Of a stretch of DNA of 64,000 nucleotides, positions 57,492 to 64,000 are shown piece by piece (position 1 is the first letter of the stretch; the number at the start of each line of letters is the position of its first letter). The stretch is from Deltaproteobacteria bacterium. GTDB lineage: Bacteria > SAR324 > NAC60-12. The position numbers and the translations under genes are program-made. Where the stretch lies: positions 2,268 through 66,267 of the forward strand of contig JAYPUA010000015.1 in NCBI GenBank assembly GCA_038133845.1. Direction: 5' to 3'. The notes under the pieces were generated by a model. That model was given only the letters and a program-made list of their open reading frames with translations, was not told the origin of the DNA and made no database searches.

Positions 57492-58847
57492 TCAGAGCGT
57501 CTTCAGGTACCAGTCGTATTCAAGCGGATGGAAGAACTCCTGGAAAAGTTCCTGCTCTCCCCGCTTGAAGTTGGAGAACAGGCGCCAGAAGTCGCGCCCC
57601 AGCGCCTCCGGGAGGACCTGGGCGTTTTCAAACGCCAGGGTCGCCTGCTCCCAGCTTCGAGGCAGATCCGGCCCGAGCGAGTAGGCATCTCCCATCACAG
57701 GAGGCGGAGGCTCCAACTCCTTGTTGATCCCGTGCTCCAGGCCCACCAGCAGGATGGCCACCAACAGGAACGGGTTCGCTCCGGCTCCGGCCAGCCGATG
57801 CTCGATGCGCGTCGACTCCGGGAGTCCGGCAGGAATCCGCAAGGCGGTGGTTCGGTTGTTCCAGCCCCAAGTCCGGTTGCAGGGGGCGAAGGACCCTGGC
57901 TTGAAGCGCTGGTAGGAGTTCGCGTGCGGTGCACAGATCAGCATCGACTCCCTCATCAGATCCAGGATTCCGGCAATCGCGTGCTTGAGGGTCTTGCTCC
58001 CGTAGACGTCCTCGCCTTGAAAGAGGTTCTTGCCGTGCTCATCGAGCAAGCTCAGGTGCACATGCATCCCGTTTCCGGCCTGGTCCTGATAAGGCTTGGG
58101 CATGAAGGTCGCCTCCATGTCGTGACGCAGGGCCACGTTGCGGATGATGTGCTTGAGCATCAGGGCCTGTCCGCAGGCGAGCACCGGATCGGTCACGTGC
58201 TGCAGGTTCACCTCGAACTGCCCGGCATCCAGTTCGGCCACCGCGGTGTCTGCCGGGATGCCAAGGTCGTGTGCAGCACGCTGTACCTCCTTGAGGAAGG
58301 CTCCGTACGTGTCCAGCGCCCGGAAGGAGTACAGCTGGCTCTCCTTCTCGCGCACTCCGGTTCTCGGAGAGCGAGGCGGCTGCGGGAGGCCTTGACGGGT
58401 GAGCAGCTTGTCGATCAGGTAGAACTCCATCTCAATCGCCACCACCGGGGTGATCTTGCGCTCCTGAAAGCGTCGAACCACCGACTCCAACACCGTCCGG
58501 GGGTCACCGTAGTACCACCCGCCGCTGTCGCCTTCCATGCGCAGCTGCACCTGAGCAAGCCCCGGATGCCAGGGCACCACGCTGAAACTCTCCGGAATGA
58601 GCTGGCACCGACTGTCGCCATCACCGCTGGCAAACCCCAGCCCGGTACGTTCAATCGTCTGTCCGGTCACGCTGAGCCCAAACACCGAGGTTGGCATGAA
58701 GGCACCTTCCGAAAAGATCTTGGGAAGTTTGGCCACGGAAACCCGCTTGCCCCGGAAAATCCCGTGCATGTCGGCAATCTGCAGATCCACAAATTCCAGT
58801 TCCGGATGCTCGGAGAGCACCCGGTTGATGGTTTCCTCGTTGTTCAT
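57492..58847 (-). CDS. puuA: Glutamine synthetase-like gamma-glutamylpolyamine synthetase
   Basis: DMHGIFRGK, EMEFYL, ELDAGQFEVNL, TFMPKPY, GNGMHVHLSL, NSYQRF, WGWNNRT and RIEHR; paired with puuB. Confidence 0.8.
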   Translation of the reverse strand: MNNEETINRVLSEHPELEFVDLQIADMHGIFRGKRVSVAKLPKIFSEGAFMPTSVFGLSVTGQTIERTGLGFASGDGDSRCQLIPESFSVVPWHPGLAQVQLRMEGDSGGWYYGDPRTVLESVVRRFQERKITPVVAIEMEFYLIDKLLTRQGLPQPPRSPRTGVREKESQLYSFRALDTYGAFLKEVQRAAHDLGIPADTAVAELDAGQFEVNLQHVTDPVLACGQALMLKHIIRNVALRHDMEATFMPKPYQDQAGNGMHVHLSLLDEHGKNLFQGEDVYGSKTLKHAIAGILDLMRESMLICAPHANSYQRFKPGSFAPCNRTWGWNNRTTALRIPAGLPESTRIEHRLAGAGANPFLLVAILLVGLEHGINKELEPPPPVMGDAYSLGPDLPRSWEQATLAFENAQVLPEALGRDFWRLFSNFKRGEQELFQEFFHPLEYDWYLKTL

Positions 58848-58886
58848 TTTAGGGGTGTTGAGAGAAGAGGGGGGCGGCGGGAGCCG

Positions 58887-59258
58887 TCAGCACTGGCGTT
58901 CCAGAGCACGGTTCCGGTAGGCCTTTTCGCGGTTCACGTCCTTTTGGGTAGGCAGACGCGGGGGAGGCGTGCCCTGAAGCATCTGGCGGAGGCGATGCTG
59001 CTGCCCATAGGAGAGCGGGATTCCCTTGCGCTTCCGGTTCCACGCGTCCAGTTCCATCATCCGTTGATGCTCTCCCGTGAACTGAGGCCGCTCCAGTTCC
59101 TCTTCCACTTCACGTTGCACCTTGTTCCGGCAGTTGGTCTTGAAGTGCTCTTTGAGAAACAGCCGATCCGTCGCATACTCCTGCGCTTGGGTCCACCCCG
59201 CAGAGAGGGCTCCTGCAAGGAGCAGCAAGGGAAGGAGCAGCAAGGGTCTGAAAAGCAT
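58887..59258 (-). CDS. Secreted hypothetical protein (123 aa)
   Basis: Signal peptide MLFRPLLLLPLLLLAGALSAGWTQA. The longer 220-aa ORF extension is judged spurious. Confidence 0.7.
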   Translation of the reverse strand: MLFRPLLLLPLLLLAGALSAGWTQAQEYATDRLFLKEHFKTNCRNKVQREVEEELERPQFTGEHQRMMELDAWNRKRKGIPLSYGQQHRLRQMLQGTPPPRLPTQKDVNREKAYRNRALERQC

Positions 59259-59272
59259 TTTTCGATCGGGGC

Positions 59273-59300
59273 TCAAGTTTTTGCCAGAAGTTGCCGATAA
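59273..59300 (+). promoter_or_regulatory. Sigma28-type promoter
   Basis: TCAAG-N15-GCCGATAA, with a perfect -10 box. Confidence 0.7.
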
Positions 59301-59304
59301 CGCA

Positions 59305-59825
59305 GTTAAGGATTGCCTTACCTTCAGGAAGGCAAGCAAATTTAACGCCCGAAATCCGTGCCGGCTCTCTTTGGGGAAATCAAGCTTTCCCAGAGAACGG
59401 CTGGATTCCAGTGTGTTTGTTCTTGGAAATCCCGAACCGAGTTCCTCTAGGCTTGCGCAGAGCCGCAGGAGAAACAAGTCGAACCACAGGGAACCGTCTC
59501 TTTCAGGACACCTCTCTGCGGGCCGGATGGGTTTGTTCTGGCTTCGCACAGTCCTCTTGACCTTGGCCAGGCTCCCTTGTGTCGATTTGCCTGAACGCCG
59601 GAGGGGTGGTTTCTCCCCTTCCCAAGTTCAGCCCAAGGCAAGAACTTGAGCGGGGAGCATTGCCCCCGCAGGTCAGATGTTGAGACCTGCAAGCAGACTG
59701 GGTCGAGGAACGTTACCCAACTGCAAGAAGGCTGGGTCGAGGAACGATACCCAACTGCAAGCACTCCTTGGAAAAGGAGAGCGCTGTGTTGTCGGGAATT
59801 CAGGAACCGTATTCTTTTTTTCATC
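59305..59825 (+). ncRNA. Candidate GGA-rich structured RNA (CsrB/RsmZ-like) or long leader
   Basis: Consecutive stem-loops, many AGGA/GGA motifs, no credible same-strand ORF, U-run at 59815-59822. Confidence 0.45.
59687..59762 (+). repeat. Tandem repeat, 2 x 34 nt plus partial third unit
   Basis: CTGCAAGCAGACTGGGTCGAGGAACGTTACCCAA / CTGCAAGAAGGCTGGGTCGAGGAACGATACCCAA, 31/34 identical. Confidence 0.9.
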
Positions 59826-59865
59826 CCCTTTACGGGGTTCATCCTTTAACATGGAGAAGAGCGTC

Positions 59866-60090
59866 ATGACGCCATCGGAACAGAAGATCGAACAGTACCA
59901 TGCGATCGTCGGAGACGATACCAGCTATCGCTTTGAGCACAAGATCGCTCAGGCGGTTCAGGAACTGGCAGAGTCCTTGGAGAACAACTTCATGGACGAT
60001 GAGGCCAAAGTCGACTATGCCACCCACGTGTTCGCAAAAATGCTGGACGATCTCGCAGACTTTCTGGAAAATCCTCGCTTGATCAATTGA
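59866..60090 (+). CDS. Small acidic helical hypothetical protein (74 aa)
   Basis: GGAG RBS, protein-like composition, TGA overlaps the next ATG. Confidence 0.7.
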   Translation: MTPSEQKIEQYHAIVGDDTSYRFEHKIAQAVQELAESLENNFMDDEAKVDYATHVFAKMLDDLADFLENPRLIN

Positions 60091-61481
60091 TGGGAACTCC
60101 TTCGCCCGAGGCTCTTCGGGCGTGGCTGGAGCAACAACGCCTGCGACATGGACTCCAACTGTTTGGAGTCAGCTTCCTCGGAGCCGCCTCCGGGTTGCTG
60201 GTGCTGTTTCTCTGGTCAGACTCTCCGGCTCTGGAGCACTGGTTCCTGGCCAACCTGGCGCTCCTGTTGCTGTGCCTCGCAGGAAGCTGGTCTCTCAGCG
60301 AGCGCTTCTTCTCCTCACGACTCGCCCGGAAACATCCGGAACTTGCCGAGTCCCTGAGAACCCTGCAAGACCTGGAGTCCACTTCGGCCTCAGGGCCGGA
60401 GTTTGTCTTCTTCCGAGAGCAGCACCGGCGTCGGACCGAGCAGAGCCTGCAGGGCCCTGCCTCCGGGTTTCGCTCCTCCTGGAAGGGGCCCTTCGCGCTG
60501 GCGGTGCTGGTGCAGTGCCTGTGGTTCGCGGCGCTCTGGTGGGTGCCCGGAAATCCGGAATTTCTCGCTTGGCGAGACGGACCGCCGGTGAACCTGCAGG
60601 AATCCTATCGCCTCCTCTACCCCTCCTACTTGAACCGAGAGCCCCTGGTCTTGGAGCAGCTTCCGGAACGCCTCTCTCTTCCACAGGGAACCCGGCTGGA
60701 GATTTTGGCCGCGGAAGCCCCGGAAGACCGCAGCCGCTTTGAAATTCCCGGTCGGAAGCCGGAGCCTCTGCGCTGGTTTGAACAGCAGGGGCACTGGATG
60801 ACCGCCATCGCCCCGGACCTCTCCGGAATCCTGACCTTGCAGTGGAAACGCCTGCAACTTCCGGTTGAGGTCGTCCCGGATCAGGCGCCGGAGCTGCTGG
60901 TCATCTGGCCCAGCCTGGAGCACATCTTCGACAGTTCTCCCCTGCCTGTGGACCTGAGCACTTCAGACGATCATGCGCTGCTCAACATCATCCTTCACTA
61001 TCAGGTGGAGTTGACCGGAGATCCCTACCGAGAGATCATCCAAGCCTTCGAGACCCCTGTCCGGGAGCATCAGGAACTGTACATCTGGGAGCTCTCCGGG
61101 ACGCCGCTCAAGGCCGGAGACAACGTCACCGCCTGGATCGAGGTCAGCGACCGGGACACGCTGAACGGGCCGCACATTGCGCGATCCCAGGAGTTTCGCT
61201 TTCAGGTGGAGAGCCTCAAGGAGTTCCACGAGCGGTTGCTCGCCAAGTTCTGGAAGGTCGACGAGGAGCTGCGCACACTCCTGGGATATCTGGACCAAAA
61301 GGTCCTTCCAGAGACCGCCCTCCAGGAAGAGGCGATCGACGCGCTGCTTGAAGAGATCCAGCGGGACATGGTGTGGGACCTGCTGCTCTCAGATGCCCTC
61401 AAGAACCTGACCCGGGAGATGCGCTCCAAGCTTGAATACTACCGAGAGCAGCGACAGCTTTCCGGCTCGCGTCCCAGCTAG
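60087..61481 (+). CDS. Membrane-anchored protein, DUF4175-like
   Basis: N-terminal TM pair; VVPDQAP, SDDHAL and W.EVSDRDTLNGP...S.EF motifs. Confidence 0.65.
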   Translation: MMGTPSPEALRAWLEQQRLRHGLQLFGVSFLGAASGLLVLFLWSDSPALEHWFLANLALLLLCLAGSWSLSERFFSSRLARKHPELAESLRTLQDLESTSASGPEFVFFREQHRRRTEQSLQGPASGFRSSWKGPFALAVLVQCLWFAALWWVPGNPEFLAWRDGPPVNLQESYRLLYPSYLNREPLVLEQLPERLSLPQGTRLEILAAEAPEDRSRFEIPGRKPEPLRWFEQQGHWMTAIAPDLSGILTLQWKRLQLPVEVVPDQAPELLVIWPSLEHIFDSSPLPVDLSTSDDHALLNIILHYQVELTGDPYREIIQAFETPVREHQELYIWELSGTPLKAGDNVTAWIEVSDRDTLNGPHIARSQEFRFQVESLKEFHERLLAKFWKVDEELRTLLGYLDQKVLPETALQEEAIDALLEEIQRDMVWDLLLSDALKNLTREMRSKLEYYREQRQLSGSRPS

Positions 61482-61536
61482 ACCTCCCCAAAAATCATCT
61501 AAAAGATTAGAGGTTTAAACCTTCAGAGAAGAAGCC

Positions 61537-61564
61537 TTGACCTGTAACTTCTCTCCTGTAGAAT
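61537..61564 (+). promoter_or_regulatory. Sigma70-type promoter
   Basis: TTGACC-N16-TAGAAT, ~100 nt upstream of a small ORF. Confidence 0.55.
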
Positions 61565-61664
61565 TGACGCTAGTCAGCTTAAATGGATTTAGGCCGCGGT
61601 ACGCATTGGAAGCAGTCAGGAGTTCTGTCCGAACAGAGCCTCACCCTCCTTTCAATGAGGTCGC

Positions 61665-61751
61665 ATGATGAAATTCCTGGAGGTCGTTGAGCCCATTGCC
61701 GCCATCTTTGCCTTTCTTGGCACGATCGCGACTTTCGCCTTCTTCTACTGA
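61665..61751 (+). CDS. 28-aa single-helix membrane peptide MMKFLEVVEPIAAIFAFLGTIATFAFFY
   Basis: GAGG RBS, hydrophobic helix, own promoter; below the ORF-track cutoff. Confidence 0.6.
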   Translation: MMKFLEVVEPIAAIFAFLGTIATFAFFY

Positions 61752-61966
61752 GCGCATGACCTCATCGTCTGGTGCGCTGCTCTTGCGCCCAACTCGGAGA
61801 CTCAGGGGTGGCCTCTCATCGGGCAGACCACTGAGCCTCTGAGTCCAGGCCTCCCTTCTTCACGCCCTTTCCTCCAGCTTCTTCAAGCCCTACACGTCAT
61901 CGCCTGAAACCGGCAGACCCCCCTATGGCAGGTTGCGCAAGCCAGCCTTGAGACAAGCGCTGCCGT

Positions 61967-63898
61967 TCATTTCGAAGGGATTTCTCCGGCGAGATGTTCT
62001 GGCAAACCGGACTCTGTCTGAGAGAGTTTCTGGATCAAGTCTTCCGGGATGTCATCGAACGAGGCGTAGTTGAGCGAGTAGAGCCGGGCGTAGAGTCCCC
62101 CCAGTTCCATCAACTCGCCATGACTTCCAGTCTCAATGATCTGCCCGTCCTGCAGAACGATGATCTGGTCGGCCTTGCGCACCGTCGCCAGTCGGTGTGC
62201 AATGATCAGGGCGGTTCGATTTTCCAGCAGCCGGTCCAAGGCTTCCTGCAGCAACCGCTCGCTCTTCGAGTCGATTGATGCCGTGGCCTCGTCGAGGATC
62301 AGCAGCGGCGCGTTGGTCACCAGCGCCCGCGCAAAGGAGATCAACTGGCGCTGCCCAAGCGAGAGGTTGGACCCACGCTCTTCCACGACCGTTTCGTAGC
62401 CGTTGGGCAGGGCGCTGATGAACTCGTGTGCCCCCACGATCTTCGAGGCCCGGATGACGTCCTCCCGACTGGCGGAGGCGGTGTTGTAGCGGATGTTCTC
62501 CAGGAGTGAGGTGGAGAAGAGGTAGGGTTCCTGAAGGACCATCGCGATCTGGCGGCTCAGTGAATCCTGGGTCAGGCTCCTGATGTCGTGGCCGCCAATC
62601 CGGATCTGCCCCTCAAAGGTGTCGTAGAAGCGGTGGATCAGTGAGGCGATTGAGGATTTCCCACATCCGGTGGGTCCGACCAGGGCCACGGTCTTTCCTT
62701 CCGGAATCTCCAGGTGGATCTGACGCAGCACCGGATACTGAGGGTTGTAGCCGAAGGTCACGTCCTCAAAGTCTACCGACCCGCTGGTACGGCCAACGTC
62801 TTGTGCAGAGGGACTGTCCGTAATCCCTACCGGGACATCGAGCACCTCGAAGATGCGCTCTCCGGAAGCCATGGCGCGCTGGAAGGCGTTGTAATGCAGC
62901 GTGAGCGCCCGGATCGGGTCAAAGAACCGCTGAACGTACAGGATGTAGGCGATCATGACCCCGGCGGTCAGTTCGCCCTGCAGCACCAGGCTGCCTCCCA
63001 CCAGGGCGATGATCGCCATGGCCACGCCGGTCAGGGTGTCCACCGTGGGGAGCATGATCTGCGCGATGGCCGCCGCCCGGACTGTGGCCACAAAGTGATC
63101 GTTGGCCTTGATCTCATAGAGATCGCGGTTGACCCGCTCTCGGGTCATGCCCTGAACCACCTTGATGCCCCGGATGTTCTCACACATCGTCGCCGTGACC
63201 ACGGACGACGTGATCCGGGCGCGCACAAAGGCCTTGCGCGCAATCGGGAGCCAGTAGATCCGGATGATCAGCAAAACCGGAAGCAAGGCCAGGGTCATGG
63301 CTCCCAGGCGCAGGTCCATCCAAAGCAGGACAAAGATGATTCCAAACAGCAGGATCAGGTCCCCAATCGCATAAACCAGCGCCTCCAGAAACTCCTGAAG
63401 CGCCCCGACGTCTCCTTGCAGGCGTGACATCAGCCGTCCGGTTTCGGTCTTGTCCATGAACGACAGGGAGACGCGTTGCAGGTGTTCAAACATTCCGCGA
63501 CGGAGGTCGAAGAGCAGTCGCTGGGCAACCCGGGAGACCAGCAGTTCCATACCAAAGTGGCTCATGAAGTTCACAAGAACCACCAAGGCAAAGAGCAGAA
63601 TGCCGAACTCCAAGGAGCTGAGATTGGACAGTCCCCCGAGCTCTCCATCCAAGGTCTTTTGGATGATGAGGGGGAACAGGACCTGCGTCAGGGTGTAGAC
63701 CATGAGCCCCAACACTGCAATCAGCACGGTCTTCCGGTAAGGATGAATGAGGTCCAGAAACCGCTTCACCACATCCTGGTTGTAACCTGAGCTGAACATG
63801 TCCTCTTCGGCCACCTCCGGAGGGGGAGCAACCGCCCCAGGAGGCAAGGGATCGTCCGCCAGGTGGCGGTGCATGAAGAGCAGGGAGCGCTGGCTCAT
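61967..63898 (-). CDS. ABC exporter (TMD+NBD half transporter, MsbA/multidrug type)
   Basis: TM domain, GPTGCGKSS, LSLGQRQLISFARA, ILDEATASID and IAHRLAT. Confidence 0.93.
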   Translation of the reverse strand: MSQRSLLFMHRHLADDPLPPGAVAPPPEVAEEDMFSSGYNQDVVKRFLDLIHPYRKTVLIAVLGLMVYTLTQVLFPLIIQKTLDGELGGLSNLSSLEFGILLFALVVLVNFMSHFGMELLVSRVAQRLLFDLRRGMFEHLQRVSLSFMDKTETGRLMSRLQGDVGALQEFLEALVYAIGDLILLFGIIFVLLWMDLRLGAMTLALLPVLLIIRIYWLPIARKAFVRARITSSVVTATMCENIRGIKVVQGMTRERVNRDLYEIKANDHFVATVRAAAIAQIMLPTVDTLTGVAMAIIALVGGSLVLQGELTAGVMIAYILYVQRFFDPIRALTLHYNAFQRAMASGERIFEVLDVPVGITDSPSAQDVGRTSGSVDFEDVTFGYNPQYPVLRQIHLEIPEGKTVALVGPTGCGKSSIASLIHRFYDTFEGQIRIGGHDIRSLTQDSLSRQIAMVLQEPYLFSTSLLENIRYNTASASREDVIRASKIVGAHEFISALPNGYETVVEERGSNLSLGQRQLISFARALVTNAPLLILDEATASIDSKSERLLQEALDRLLENRTALIIAHRLATVRKADQIIVLQDGQIIETGSHGELMELGGLYARLYSLNYASFDDIPEDLIQKLSQTESGLPEHLAGEIPSK

Positions 63899-63906
63899 GG
63901 TTCCGT

Positions 63907-64000
63907 TCAGTCCAGAGTTTGCAGTCGATAGAGCTGGGCATAGTGTCCTCCGAGCTTGAGGAGTGCCTCGTGGTCTCCTTGCTCTTGAATCTGCCCGTGC
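63907..64000 (-). CDS. C-terminus of an upstream ABC half transporter (truncated by window edge)
   Basis: Reads HGQIQEQGDHEALLKLGGHYAQLYRLQTLD*, a typical NBD tail. Confidence 0.8.
   Translation of the reverse strand, partial: HGQIQEQGDHEALLKLGGHYAQLYRLQTLD

Noticed and set aside
59259-59549. N-terminal extension of the 220-aa minus-strand ORF
   Set aside because: The signal peptide starts at ATG 59258; the extension overlaps the sigma28 promoter and reads as non-protein-like.
59660-59692. Cobalamin riboswitch look-alike (GCCCCCGCA...GAGACCTGC)
   Set aside because: Lacks the ACTGT B12-box continuation and the upstream GGGAA..GGTG..A.TCC core.
59687-59762. CRISPR-like repeat (34-nt units)
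   Set aside because: The units are directly adjacent with no spacers, there are only two copies, and no cas genes are present.

Overview
GC-rich (~60%) bacterial chromosome segment. The gene repertoire suggests a deltaproteobacteria-like lineage such as SAR324; this is an inference and was not checked. 1-3.5 kb: xdhB C-terminus, a TPR protein, fmt and a parA with no parB in the window. 3.5-30 kb: an unusual flagellar filament region, mostly on the minus strand. It holds four flagellins (two minimal ~300 aa, two long with an insert), a ~1,070 aa FliD, two fliS, flaG- and flgN-like genes, a FlhG-like ATPase, and mnmE translationally coupled inside the flagellar run. It is interrupted by housekeeping and catabolic genes (M24 hydrolase, NUDIX, DUF1835, CoA-transferase, alkA, CaiC-like ligase, mutY). 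30-35 kb: alkB-phyH pair, DUF4875-like protein, argJ. 35-56 kb: sugar catabolism (uxuB-uxaC, GntR, a rhamnose-type ABC importer with non-phosphorylative L-rhamnonate pathway enzymes, a CUT1 ABC importer with NagZ/AmiE-like hydrolases, denD). 56-64 kb: puuB/puuA-like pair, small ORFs, a DUF4175-like protein and ABC exporters. No rRNA, tRNA or CRISPR array was seen. Best hunt candidates: (i) a duplicated cassette of a conserved structured non-coding element, an orphan ~105-aa ORF with flagellin-like motifs, a 22-nt motif and a short flagellin; (ii) a ~520-nt hairpin- and GGA-rich non-coding region behind a sigma28-type promoter (CsrA-sponge-like); (iii) strong window-wide over-representation of the palindrome TCCGGA (HIP1-like); (iv) a 28-aa membrane peptide with an RBS-sequestering fold-back mRNA (type I toxin-like); (v) a protein module shared by FliD and the long flagellins.
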